From Eledone cirrhosa (Eukaryota): a stretch of 64,000 bases of DNA. The stretch is taken from assembly GCA_964016885.1 (NCBI GenBank), contig OZ024740.1, positions 418,562,001 to 418,626,000 of the forward strand, given 5' to 3'. The notes below the pieces were generated by a model that worked only from the letters and a program-made list of their open reading frames with translations, was not told the origin of the DNA and made no database searches. Positions 44,790 to 58,390 of the stretch are shown here, piece after piece. Made by a program: the position numbers and the translations under genes. How positions within the stretch are numbered: position 1 is the first letter of the stretch; each line of letters starts with the position of its first letter.

Positions 44790-47700
44790 TCACTAACTAC
44801 CCCATAGCCCGCCCCCAATCGCCACCATTATTATCTAGGCCAATCATAAGTCAGCGGCCTATGCTATCACTTCTCCTGGTTGCCTTTCGATATGATGGAT
44901 GGACCAAGGAATTCTGGAGAGTCTGAAAAATCTGGACACTCAGTGACAATGCCAAAGATAAAGACAAATTCACCCAATGCTGCCGGATGAAAAGGCAAGG
45001 ACTCCTCTTTATTTCGGCCGCGGATGGCCAACATAACCCCAACCCCGCGAGCCACAGTTCCCACCCACCAAACGCAATCCAAAACTTAAGAGTTGGTACC
45101 ATAAATGTAGGCACCTTAAAAGGTCACTCTAACGAGGTTGTAGATATGCTTGAACATAAGGAGGTTGATGTTTGCTGTATCCAAGAGACCAGTTGGAGGG
45201 GTGGGTCTGCTAGATTCATTGTGGGTAAAAAACAATGCTATAAGCTTTTCTGGGTGGGAAATGACAATGGGCTGGGTGGGGTAGGAATCATGTTAGCAGA
45301 AAAATGGGTAGATAAGATAATAGACGTGAATAGAGTGAACGACAGAATAATTAAAATAAGACTTGTCCTAAATAGAACTACTGTGAGAGTAATATCTGCG
45401 TACACACCCCAATCCGGACTGCCTGGCGCTATAAAAGACAGATTCTATGAGATATTGATGCTCACTACCTCCCAAATAACCGACAGTGACTACATAATTA
45501 TTGCTGGCGACCTAAATGGTCACGTTGGACAACATTGTGACGGCTATGACGGAATCCATGGAGGCTATGGGTTTGGTACTAGAAATGAGGAAGGCTCCAG
45601 AATCCTGGAATTCTGTGACGCAAATAACCTAAATATCTGTAACACTAAGTTAAAAAAACGAGACAATCACTTGATCACCTATAGATCAGGGGAACACGCC
45701 AGTCAGATAGATTATATCCTTACCAGAAGACGTGATAGCGTGTCTGTTGTAAACACTAAATCCCTCCCCCATGAAGAATGCACCTCCCAACATAGACTCA
45801 TAGTCAGGAAAAGACGTACTCGGCAACAGATGAGGACTATCCTCAGGAGAAAAATATGGAAGCTAAAGGACCCCACAACCAGTAATAAATTTAAAAGCAT
45901 ATTACTTGATGCTTTTGACAGTAAGGAAGAGCAATTAGAGTCATACAATATAGAGGAACAGTGGGAATTCCTGAAAGCTAACCTGCTGAAGGCGGCAGAT
46001 GAAGTCTGTGGCTGGAGCAGGCCTATAGGCAGGAGGAGAGTAATGTGGTGGTGGAACAGTAAGGTGGAGGAGTCAATTAAGGCCAAAAAGCAGGCATGGA
46101 AAGTATGGGGGAAGTAGAGAAGACTATCAAGTGGCCAGGAGGGAAGCTAGGAGACAAGTGTACTTCACAAGAAGGGAAGCAGAGGAAAGAAAGTTCAAGC
46201 ATGTTCTACAACGCGAGGAGAAAAAACGTGAGGTGTTCAGGATTGCTAGGCAATGTGTCAAGGAAAACCGTGATATTGTCGGGGAGAAGTGTGTCTTGAA
46301 TGAGGATGGTGTACTTGCCATCACTGACGCTGATAAGAAGGTAGCTTGGAAGTGTCACTACGAAAGGTTACTAAATGAGGAGAATAAATGGGAGAAAGAC
46401 AGTCTCCCCCACATCGATCCAATAGAGTGACCAGCATTGCAAGTTGAAGGTAGTATAATAAGTAAGGTGATCAAAGACATGAAGACAGGCAAGGCGGCTG
46501 GGCCTTCGGAAATAGTTGCTGAAATGCTGAAATGCTGAAAGCATCTGGAACGGTGGGACACACTATGGTTACCCAGATAGTAAACCAAGTCATACAGAAT
46601 GGAGTCGTTCCGAAGGACTGGCGCAGCAGCATCATCATTAACTGCTACAAGGGTAAAGGAGATGGCCTAGATAGGGGAAACTATAGAGGCATTAAATTAA
46701 TTGACCAGGTCATGAAGGTCACAGAAAAAGTAATAGCGCAACTAATCTGAGAACGAAATGATCTAGATGAAATGCAGTTTGGGTTTGTGTCAGGTAAAAG
46801 TACCACAGACGCTCTTTTCATTGTACGACAACTACAGGAGAAGTACCTAGCTAAAAGTAAACCCCTATACTTAGCTTTTGTTGACTTGGAGAAAGCATTT
46901 GACAGAGTCCTCCGCTCCATTATCTGGTGGGTTCTTAGAAAACTAGGTGTTGATGAATGGCTTGTGAGAGCTATACAAGCCATGTATAAAGAAACAGTCA
47001 GCAAGGTTAGAATTAACAACGAATATAGTGAAGAGTTTAGCGTAAAAGTTGGTGTTCATCAGGGCTCCGTTCTTAGCCCCCTACTATTTATTATTGCCCT
47101 TCAGGACCGGCTGCCCATGGGAACTCCTATATGCAGATGATCTAACGCTCATAGCTGAATCAATGGCTGAACTAGAGAAGAAATTCCAAACATGGAAGCA
47201 TGGCCTAGAATCAAAAGGTCTTAAAATTAACCTGTCTAAGACTAAAGTTCTAGTTTGTAGGAAGGAAAATAGGGCACCGGTCCCATCTGGAAAATGGCCA
47301 TGCTCAGTGTGTAGGAAAGGAGTAGGCATAAACTCCATTTTATGTCCCAAATGCAAAGTATGGGTGCATAAAAGATGTAGTGGGATCACAGGTAAGCTAA
47401 CTAAGATTATAGATTTTATATGTGGCCGGTGCTCTGGTGCAACAAGTGCCCACAGAATACTAGCTCATTCCATTGCACAGATGGTTCTATAGAAATAGTG
47501 GACACCTTCCGTTACCTGGGTGACAAAATCAGCAGTGGTGGAGGGTGTTCTGAAAGTACAGTAGCTAGAGTCAGAACGGGATGGAAAAAGTTCAGAGAGC
47601 TTATACCACTATTGGCCGCTAAAGGGTTCTCTCTAAAAATGAAAGGCAGGCTGTATGATGCCTGCATACGAACAGCAATGTTACATGGCAGTGAGACTTG

Positions 47701-48450
47701 GGCATTGTGTGCAGAGGATATACGCAGACTGGAGAGGAATGAAGCTTGCATGCTCCGCTGGATGTGTAAAAGTAATATACATGAACGGCAAAGCATAAAC
47801 GAACTAAGGGAGAAATTAGGAATAAGAGGGATCAGATGTTGTTTACTCGAGAGAAGACTACATTGGTACGGTCACGTGATGCGCATGAAAGAGGACACGT
47901 CTGTATAAAAAAGTGCAGGGCGATAAAAATAGACAGTAGCCATGAAGTAGGTAGATCCAGAAAAACCTGGGACGACTTGATAAATTCCGACTTCACACAC
48001 TTACACCTCTCCAAGACAATGTCACTGGACCGAGATCTTTGGCATTACACAGTAATACAGAAGACCCGCCTTGCCTAAGTACAAAGCAAAACCTACAGTC
48101 AATAGGCACCTCTAACTAAAATATACCCCCTTACCACTACCCCCACCACCCCTTTCAATGTAAAGTTATGTTGGTACCACAACATCCAGTCCGAAACAAA
48201 TGAGGTCGTGTAGGTGTCACGACAAAAAAAACACACAGTCCGCGCTGTAATGTGGCCGTGTAGGTAACACGGTAAAAACCTCCCAGTCCACACTGTAAAT
48301 GTGGTTGGTGTTAGGAAAGGCATCCAGCCGTAGAAAACCCGCCAGACAGTCCTATGCGAGCAGGACAACAAATCTTGCCTCAAGTGGGAAAATTCCCGTC
48401 CAAACCCATGCAAGCGTGGAAGATGGACGTTAAACGATGATGATGATGAT
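44790..48450 (+). mobile_element. RTE family A copy 3, full-length but frameshifted
   Basis: Same EN/RT/PHD split over several ORFs (44987-46117, 46131-46430, 46532-, 46772-, 47049-, 47420-); (GAT)n tail. Confidence 0.95.
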
Positions 48451-48795
48451 GTGTGTGTGTATATATGTATATTATTATTGTTGTTGTCATTATTGTTGTT
48501 ATTATTATTATTATTGTTTGTTTGTTTTTCTTGTGCAATGGCCATACTCGATAAGGAGGGGGCAGCCATCATATATGTATCATCGTTTTCATCAAGATCG
48601 TTTTTACGTCTGCTTTTCCATGCTTGCATGGGTCGGAGGGTTCTTTATATATTATATATATATTATTAGTACAGATTAAAGTTTCTGCTTTCACCCTGTT
48701 ATGGGATCTGAAACAAAAATCAATCTGTAGACGCAGAAGTAAATATTAATGAGCCCTCTTCGAATTTTGGTCTTCGTAATTATTATTACTATATA

Positions 48796-51183
48796 TCATC
48801 ATCATCATCATCACCGTTTAACGTCCGTGTTCCACGCTTGCATGGGTTTGGACGGGGGTTTTCCCACTTGAGGCAAGAGTGATTATCTTGCTCGCATAGG
48901 ACTATCTGGTGGGTTTTCTACAGCTGGATGCCCTTCCTAACACCAACCACATTTACAGTGTGGGGCTGGGAGGTTTTTACTGTGTTGCCTACACGGCCAC
49001 ATTACAACGTGGACTGTGTGTTTTTTGTCGTGACACCTACACAATCTCATTTGTTTCGGCCTGGATGTTGTGGCACCAACATAACTTTACATAGGAGGGG
49101 GTGGTGTGGGTGGGGTGGGTGTGGTGGGACGGGGGTGTATTTTGTTAGAGATGCCTACTGACTGTAGTAGGTTTTACTTTGTATTTAGGTAAGGCGGGGC
49201 TTCTCTATTACTGAGTACCGCCAAAGGTCTCGGTCCAGTGACATTGTCTTGGTGAGGTGTAAGTGTGTGAGGTCGGAATTTATCAGCTCGTCCCAGGTTT
49301 TTCTGGGTCTGCCTATTCCGTGGCTACCGTCTATCTTTATTGCCCTGCACTTTGTTATACAGCTATCGTCTTTCATGCGCATCACGTGTCCATACCAACG
49401 TAGCCTTCTCTCGAGTAAACAACATCTGATCCCTCTTATTTCTAATTTTTTCCTTAGTTCGTTTATGCTTTGCCGTTCACGTATATTACTATTACACATC
49501 CAGCGGAGCATGCAAGCTTCGTTCCTCTCTAGTCTGCGTATATCCTCTGCACACAATGCCCAGGTCTCACTGCCATGCAACATTGCTGTTCGTATGCAGG
49601 CATCATACAACCTGCCTTTCATTTTTAGGGAGAACCCTTTAGCGGCTAATAGTGGTATAAGCTCTCTGAACTTTTTCCATCCAGTTCTGACTCTAGCTAC
49701 TGTACTTTCAGAGCACCCTCCCCCACTGCTGATTTTGTCACCCAGGTAACGGAAGGTGCCCACTATTTCTATAGAACCCTCTGCGCAGTTGAAAGAGCTA
49801 GTATTTTGTGGGCACTTGCTGCTACTTAATGCACCAGAGCACCGGCCACATGTAAAATCTATGTTCTTAGTTAGCTTACCTGTGATCCCACTACATCTTT
49901 TATGCACCCATACTTTGCATTTGGGACACAAAATGGAGTTTCTACCTACGCCTTTCCTACACACTGAGCATGGCCACTTCCCGGAAGGGACCGCCGCCTT
50001 ATTTTCTTTCTTACAAACTAGAACTTTAGTCTTAGCCAGGTTAATTTTGAAGCCTTTTGATTCTAGGCCGTGCTTCCATGTTTGGAATTTCTTCTCTAGC
50101 TCGGCCATTGATTCAGCTATGAATGTTAGGTCATCTGCGTATAGGAGTTCCCATGGGCAACCGGTCTTGAACTCCTCTGTTATAGCCTGAAGGGCAATAA
50201 TAAATAGTAGGGGGCTGAGAACAGTGCCCTGATGAACACCAACTTTTACGCTAAACTCTTCACTATATTCGTTGTTAATTCTAACCTTGCTGACTGTTTC
50301 TTTATACATGGCTTGTATAGCTCTCACAAGCCATTCGTCAACACCTAGTTTTCTAAGAGCCCACCAGATAATGGAACGGGGGACTCTGTCAAAGGCTTTC
50401 TCCAAGTCGACAAAAGCTAAGTATAGGGGTTTACTTTTAGCTAGGTACTTCTCCTGTAGTTGTCGTACAATGAAAAGAGCGTCTGTGGTACTTTTGCCTG
50501 ACACAAACCCGAACTGCATTTCATCTAGATCAATTCTCTCTGATTAGTTGCGCTATTACTTTTTCCGTGACCTTCATGACCTGGTTGATTAATTTAATGC
50601 CTCTATAGTTACTCCTATCTAGGGCATCTCCTTTACCCTTATAACAGTTAACGATGATGCTGCTACGCCAGTCCTTCGGAACAACCCCATTCTGTACGAC
50701 TTGGTTAACTATCCGGGTGACCATGGTGTGTCCCACCGTACCAGATGCCTTCAGCATCTCGGCAACTATTTCCGAAGGCCCAGCCGCCTTGCCCGTCTTC
50801 ATATCTTTGATTGCCTTACTTATTATACTACCCTCGACTAACACTGCTGGTCCCTCTATTGGGTCGATGTGGGGGAGACTGTCTTTCTCCCATTTATTCT
50901 CCTCATTTAGTAGCCTTTCATAGTGACACTTCCAAGCTACCTTCTTATCAGCGTCGGTGATGGCAAGTACGCCGTCATCATTAAGTACACACTTCTCCTC
51001 GACAATATCACGGTTTTCCTTGACACATTGCCTAGCAATCCTGAACACCTCACGTTTTTGGTCCTCGCGTTGTAGAACATGCTTGAACTTTCTTTCCTCT
51101 GCTTCCCTTCTTGCGAAGTACACTTGTCTCCTAGCTTCCCTCCTGGCCACTTGATAGTCTTCTCTGCTTCCCCCATCCCGCCA
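48796..51183 (-). mobile_element. RTE family A copy 4, 5'-truncated, one 2-bp frameshift near 50535
   Basis: ORFs 50530-51183 and 49185-50519; 3' UTR + (GAT)n. Confidence 0.95.
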
Positions 51184-51222
51184 TATATATATATATATAT
51201 ATACACACACATATATAGATAT

Positions 51223-51263
<41 letters not shown>

Positions 51264-51349
51264 TACACACACAGATTTTAAAAAGTTAGAGAACCACAAG
51301 GATTCACAGAGTCAGAAGATCACGTCCTGTGTATATATATATATAGTCA

Positions 51350-52648
51350 ATATTATGTATCCCCGAGAAGAGCAACCTTGCCGATTGTGACAACTGGAGG
51401 GGAGTGACACTTCTCTCCATACCATGGAAGGTCTATTGTCTGGTGATCCTGAACCACATGCATGGCATGGTTGACCGGAAACTGCAAGAACAACAGGCAG
51501 GGTTCCGACCAAAATGTTCCTGTGCAGAGCAAATCTTTACACTATGCTGCATCATTGAGAGGTACAACAAATTCCAGAGGACCCTCGCCATCAGCTTCAT
51601 CGATTTCTCCAAAGCATTCGATAGCATTCATCAACCGTCGTTCTGGAGCATCATGCATGAGTATGGTCTGCCCCAGAGAGTCATTTCGGCAATCAAACAG
51701 ATTTACGCAAACTCCAAGTGCTGCATATGGACAGAGGATGGTTACAGTGACTGGCGTGCATCAAGGTTGCTCGCTCCCTCCAATTCTCTTTGCCATAGCC
51801 ATTGACTGGGTACTAAGAAGAGCGTCTAAAGACCAGGGTATATCTTGGGTGGGAGAGCAAAAGTTGTCTGACCTGGACTTTGCGGACGATATTGCTGCAC
51901 TTGCAGAGAGCACAGCTGACCTGCAAATCATTGTGAACAATATCAATGTCGAAGCAGGAAGCTTAGGTCTCAATATCAATGCCAAGAAGACCAAAAGCAT
52001 GTTATCTGGGACACACCCACCACCAACCAGTGTCTTCATTGAACAGGGGGAGGTGGAGATAGTGGACAACTTCACCTACCTAGGAAGCTCCATTAACAAT
52101 GAGGGCACCATGGACAGTGAACTGCAATGTAGAATGGGAAAGGATTCAGCAGCATTTAACCAGCTTGACAAGATCTGGAAGAGCAGGAAGTTCACCCTCA
52201 AAACAAAGATGAGATTCTACAACAGCAACGTGCTGTCCACACTCTTGTACGGAAGTGAAACATGACACCTTAAGACCAGCCAAGAGAAGAAGTTGGACGC
52301 ATTCGATTCTAGATGTCTGCGAAAGATACTGGGGATTAAATGGAGTGACCATGTAACAAACCAGGAAGTCAGGAACCGCACCAACCAGCAGCTAGTCTCT
52401 TCTACCATCTGCAAGCAACGCCTGGGCTGGTATGGGCACACTTTGAGACTTCCCCCGGAGAGACTGGCGAACCAAGTACTTAAATGAAACCCGCAGGGAA
52501 GCAGACGGAGAGGGCGACCCAAAATGAACTGGCGCCAGACAGTTGAGAGGGACCTGCGAGCGACAAACTGGCTGCTGACCGAACGCGATGGAACACTATG
52601 ATTGCCTCATGCGTTGCAAGACGTGGGAGCTTCTGAGTCTGAGTCTGA
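51350..52648 (+). mobile_element. RTE family C RT fragment (no PHD insert), decayed
   Basis: RGVTLLSIP, QAGFRP, FIDFSKAFDS, GVHQGCSLPP, DFADD, LGWYGHTLR; (ctgagt)n tail. Confidence 0.9.
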
Positions 52649-52901
52649 ATATTATTAAAGCTAAAAAATGAGTCTTGTTACTCTGGAGTTTCACCTGTTT
52701 ATCACAGGGTTATCAGGGAAGAACTAACATTTCAATGGCAGCCACAGTATATATAAGGAAGACTTGGGGTAGAGGAAGGAGGTAATAATTTAAAGCCTTA
52801 ATAATATTAAATTTTAAAACTCTATTTTGGTATTGAGTACTCTCAACCAGATGTGGATATATTTATATATACATACATATTAAAAAAAGACACCAAATAC
52901 G

Positions 52902-53049
52902 TTAAATGCTGATTTACGAACGTTTCAAAATCAGATATTTAATATAGAAACCTCATTATAATCTAACCGCAATAATGAGGTTTCTATATTAAATATCTGA
53001 TTTTGAAAAGTCCCAGGAGGGGATGAAACGTTCGTTAATCAGCATTTAA
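52902..53049. repeat. Inverted repeat: perfect 37-bp inner arms plus outer arms
   Basis: 52923-52959 vs 52972-53008; outer ttaaatgctgatttacgaacg / cgttcgttaatcagcatttaa. Confidence 0.9.
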
Positions 53050-53286
53050 TGTTTTAATGTATTTTAATGAATAATTTTATTCTAGTGTAATTGTTATTTT
53101 TGGCACAGTAGGATTTTGTATACAGACCCTTCTGGAAAATTCTTTCAGAGGGGTTGATACATAGCCTTTTGTTTTGCTTATTATGATAAATTACTCTATT
53201 TTGAGCTGTGTTAAACCTCTCCACCTATGATTATAACTTTTTATATTGTTTTTGTGAAAAATGATATATATTTCATATATATATAT

Positions 53287-53622
53287 ATCATCATCATCAT
53301 TTTACGTCCGCTTTTCCCTGCTTGCAAGGGTGGGACGGGAACTGATTCTGGCTTGATTTCTACAGCTGGATGCCCTTCTTAACACCAACCTCATTTACAG
53401 TGAGTGCTGGGTGCTTTTTTGCTGTGGCACCTCCACGACCACTTTGCAGTGGAATGATAGGGACCCCAGTCCTATCATCTCATTTCTCCAGCTGAGTAAA
53501 CAGGAGCAATGTGAAATAAAGTGTCTTGCTCAAGGAAACAACACATCACCCGGTCTGAGAATTGAACTCACAACCTTTCGACTGCAAGGCCAATGCTCTA
53601 ACCATTAAGCCATGTGCCTCCA
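53287..53622 (-). mobile_element. SINE S1 copy
   Basis: Reverse complement of S1. Confidence 0.9.
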
Positions 53623-54299
53623 TATATATATATCTGATCCAACAGAAAAAAAGACAATGAGAAAGAGAGACTATGCCAATAGTGGAGCACAGAATTAGCT
53701 GGAAATTAAGGACTAATTCCATAAGCCTCATGAAGTGGAATGGCCCTTCCAGCACATCTCCTTCACCATTCTCCAGGGAAATCCCATCTCTATTCTGTCT
53801 GTCAGGCCCCTGCACGTGGGCCCCTAATTGCTCATAATAGTGAGAAGTGTGGAGAGCGAGAGAGACAGAGGCAGTGGGAGTTTGGTTCTTTTGTGTTCAG
53901 ACCTGGTATATATGTGTATTTCACAGACATACACTCATACAACTATATAAATGTTAAGCCAACAGTTATATTCTCATTCCATAAGTCTTAATTCTGAGAT
54001 CAAATCCTCTCAGCTAATGATGGAATAAGACTCCAAGACACTGGCATGATATTTGTGTCTTGAGCTAACCACTAAAAGTATCTTCTTCATTTATTTGGAA
54101 GTTGAACAAATGAGTAAAATATTGCTGTTAAAAATAACTAAGATTGGTAAGTAATGAGTTTATTAGTTTACACTGTTGAAAAATGAATGTTTATACAAGA
54201 AGGAACTGATTGACATGGTCCAAGACCTCAATTAGACCAAGGAAACAATGTTTTTATTGGTCTTTCCATTGCTGATAGTATCTACCGGTTGCAACTCCA

Positions 54300-54427
54300 G
54301 ACAGAAGGAGCAGCATGAAATAAAGTGTCTTGCTCAAGGACATAACGCATTGTCTAGTCTGGGAATCGAATTCACAACCTCATGATTGTGAATCCAATTC
54401 TCTAACCACTCAGCCACGCGTCTCCAC
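54300..54427 (-). mobile_element. tRNA-derived SINE head
   Basis: Minus: gtggagacgcgtggctgagtggttagag..ttcgattccc..ccttgagcaagacactt. Confidence 0.75.
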
Positions 54428-55311
54428 TTTAGACATGAATATTATAAACCTCCCAAGTTTATATTATTAGAACAATGAAACCAATTATTTCATAGAAAAG
54501 TCATTTTATCCAATTAAGAACACACAAAAGTTGTTATATTCTCTCTTTTGTTACCATATTTTTAATGAAATACACTGTCTAACATGTCTAACATCCTTTA
54601 ATGTCCATTTTCCATGCTAGCATGGGCAGGACGGGCTATCACTTTGTGAGAGATCTGGTCGGAGGACCATGTTTCACTTACCCAGGGCAGATTTTGAATT
54701 GGTTTCTATGGCTGGATGCCCTTCCTAACGCCAACCACATTTACAGTGCATGCTGTGTGCTTTTTGTTATGACACCAACACGACCACTTTACAGTGTGGA
54801 GTGGAAGCTTCACTGGATGTATACTTCAGCTTGTCTTCATGGGAGATGTATGAGAGTGGGTGGGATGGTATATGCTATATATATATATACTTCATATAGC
54901 ATGCACTACCCCACCCCTATGTGTATATCAATTAATTTTGAAAATCTGAAGAATTTAATGAGATAATAAAGCCTTTTGTTAGTAAGATGATGTTTGAAAC
55001 ATTACTTGTCTTAAATATAAAATTTCTTAAATATAATTATGATGGAAAGTTTTAATATAAGTTATGATCATTTCAAAATGAGTAGTTGTGTATCATAGAA
55101 CCAGGACAGCTTCAGGTGGATTAGTATGAAATGGGTTAATAGTCCAGATGTAAACATCATGATAAGTTCTGTCTATTATGAGGAATAAAAAGGTTTCCAC
55201 TGCAGTGAGATCACATCAGAGACCAGGTCAGCGAGTTGTGATAAAACTTTTGACATTTTATAATAAATGTTTTGTGCTTTCTTAAATGGTTAAAATTACT
55301 TTTCTATGATG

Positions 55312-55502
55312 TACCATATGTACTTGAATATAAGCCAAACTCTTATTTTATGTCTGAGAAATAGGCAAAAATGCCAACCCCGTTTATAAACCGAGACAGC
55401 CAATGAACACATTGTTTAGATGGTGAATATAAGCCAACCTCCCATTTTACCATTGATATTAAGGTCACATATTCTTTGGCTTATATTCAAGTGCATACAG
55501 CA
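55312..55502. mobile_element. Tc1/mariner-pogo-type MITE
   Basis: TIR taccatatgtacttgaatataagcc / ggcttatattcaagtgcatacag. Confidence 0.65.
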
Positions 55503-56101
55503 ATTGCTTCAGTTTCAACACACAATCTCAGATGAAATCACTTGTTAAACAAAACAGATAGAACTCTGTGAAAAGAACACTAAACTCAGGCATTAGATGT
55601 TGTATGGAGGTAATAAATATTTTTGATGTCTTCTTTGAAGAAAATATTTGGTTTTTCAGATGAACATTGATAAAATGTCTCTCCTAGAATTGGATTTTTA
55701 CTGTTTACGCTTTTTATTCTGTAAGAAAAGAAAAATATTTACATAAGGCTCAGAAGATAAACAATTTTTAATAATAATATAAACTAAAACTAAAACATAT
55801 TTACGAGCTTGAAATTCAAGAGCAACTACATTACAATATGTTGTTGTTGTAGTTGTTGTTACTGTCATAATGTATGTCAACATATTCTGATATTTCTTCA
55901 TAGCTTTTCATTCAACTGTAGTTAGGCATGGAGAAATAAACTGATTGTGTTTGTGTGTGTATGAGTGTATGTGTGTGTATGAGTGTAATGAGTGTATGTG
56001 TGTGAGTGTCTGTGTGTATGTGTGTGTGTGAGTATGTGTTGTGATATGAAAAAGACAGCAACTGAGAAATGTCACATTCTCAACCAAACAATGTTTGTAC
56101 A

Positions 56102-56886
56102 TATGAGATCTGTCTAAAAAGTCTTCATCATCATCAACATTTAAAGTCCACTTACCCTGCTAGCAAGGGTTGGATGGGTCTACATAGACCAGGTTAGTAG
56201 ACAGGACCGCTGACCTCCCCGACAGGCCAATCTATCTAAAAAGTCGTCATCGTCAACATTTAACGTCTACTTTCTCTACTAGAAAGAGTTGGACGGCTCT
56301 ACATAGACCAATTAAGTACTGAAGCAGGACTACTAACCTCCAAGACAGACCGATCTGTCTAAAAAGTATCTGACAAAATCAAGGTGATGCTAATTGATTT
56401 CTTTGATCAGCATGGCATGTATCATGAATACACACACCTGAAGGACTAACAGTCTCAAAGAAGTATTATCAGGAAGTCCTCTAATGTCTTTCTGGTACCA
56501 TTTTGTGCAAGAGACTAGATCTGTGGGCCTCACAAGACTAATAGTAAAACACCTCAGTCATTGTGGGTAATCCAAGGGTTCCTGGCAAAGAAAGACATTT
56601 AACTCATTTGACAGGCTCTCAGCTCTCCACACATGGCTCCTTCTATGAAGATGCCACAGAAAGGCTCTTGTTTTGAGAGCCAACAGGACATCACGTGGAC
56701 TGCAACAACAAAGCTAAAAACCATTCTGGAAGAAGCACTCCTGATGTTGTTCAAACAGTGGAAGGAGTCATATATGTGGAGGTACAAGAGGCCTACTTCA
56801 AAGGAGAATAACAACTGAACCCAACAAAGTACATAATTTTCTTTTATTCCTAGCCTAAGGTCAGATACTTTTTCAACAGACCTCAT
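56102..56886 (+). mobile_element. Deleted mariner relic with retroposon inserts in its left TIR
   Basis: KIKVML/FFD..EGLTVSKKYYQEVL remnants; TIR atgag(a/g)tctgt..aaaaagtatctgac at both ends. Confidence 0.75.
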
Positions 56887-58224
56887 GTGTGCTTATATGT
56901 GAGAATTCAAGCAACCACAAGTAAATTAAAACAACTCAAAGCATAACAACATGTTTTGTTTATAATTTATGAAAGATGTCTGTCACTTAGAACAGAAACA
57001 TTGAAGAACCAAGCTAAGTGTGATACTATTCTATACACATGGCTTCATAATTATTAAAGTAATACATGTAATATTATCAACACTCATTTCCTTTGTGGGA
57101 ACTTAACGAAGCCAATTATGACAAAAAGGTGAAGCACAACATGTAGATATTTCATTTCATCACCACCACCACCACCACCACCACCACCACCATATCATCA
57201 TCATCACCATTTAACACCTACTTTTCCACGCTTGTATGGGCTAGACGGGTCATCCACATTATGAGACAAGTCTGACCAGTTGGCCACACCGTATCTTGCT
57301 CAAACAAAACTGTATTTTGGGTGGGTTTTTTACAGATGGCTGCCTTCCCTAAAACCAACCACGTTTACAGTGTGGAACTGTGTTGTCCTGTTATGAGGAA
57401 GGTCTGGCCAGTTGACCGCGCTGCACTTTGCTTATATTGGGATTGTATTTTGGTTGCTGGATGCCCTTCCTAACACCAACCACATTTACAATGTGGGTGA
57501 GATAAATATACTTTATCAACAAATTACATTAATTTTAGAAAATCTATAACAGAATGATGCTGTTTTGTTTTAATTCTTACAGCTGTCTTTTGAAATAAAG
57601 ACATTTTAATAGCAAAGCATGCAAGACCAGTTTAGAATTATTCATGTGTATGAAAGACAAGCTGATATGCTTTACTTTAGAATTTTTACAGCTTATACTT
57701 AAAACCTAGAAATGGCAACTTTTTGGTTATATGAGAAGGAAGTTTTATATTTATAATAAATGACTCATAAGTTTCAGAAAACCAGTACAATGTGGTAGAA
57801 ATATATAAAGGGTAAAGGATGACAAATAAAACAAAACAAAGTAATGTTTTGGTTTTTTTTATCCCAGTATATATATGTATTATATAAAGATCTGCCAGAT
57901 AGTTCTATACGAGTTAGACACGGTCACCTGACCAATCTTGCCTCAAGTGGGACAATTCCCGTCTAACCCATGTTAGTGTGGAAGATAGACGTTAAACGAT
58001 GATGATGATGATAACTTTAGTAAATATTGGAGAGAAAAAGCCTATGTTATTGTTTTAGAACACCTTACATCTAGTTTTCTCATTAAAAACAAGAATATAT
58101 CAATTATATTAAGATATTAACTGTTTATTCTTTAAACTTTGATGTAACCTCAGAAGTAAAAATATTTGTTTCAACCTCCATACCAGCTAAGGTAGAATTT
58201 ATGTATTTTAAAAAGGATACTTAC

Positions 58225-58253
58225 AATAATTTTTGAACTAGAAGCTTTAAAAT
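58225..58253 (-). other. Candidate 29-nt small exon
   Basis: catctttttcag|ATTTTAAAGCTTCTAGTTCAAAAATTATT|gtaagtat. Confidence 0.35.
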
Positions 58254-58390
58254 CTGAAAAAGATGATTCAGATTTCCTCCTAAAATAAAAACAAACAAAA
58301 CATTCATATATATTTATATAAAAGAATAAGGATTAAGAAGGATTTAAATTGAATCGTTTAATTGATTGATGATTGTTTCGTCAATACAGA

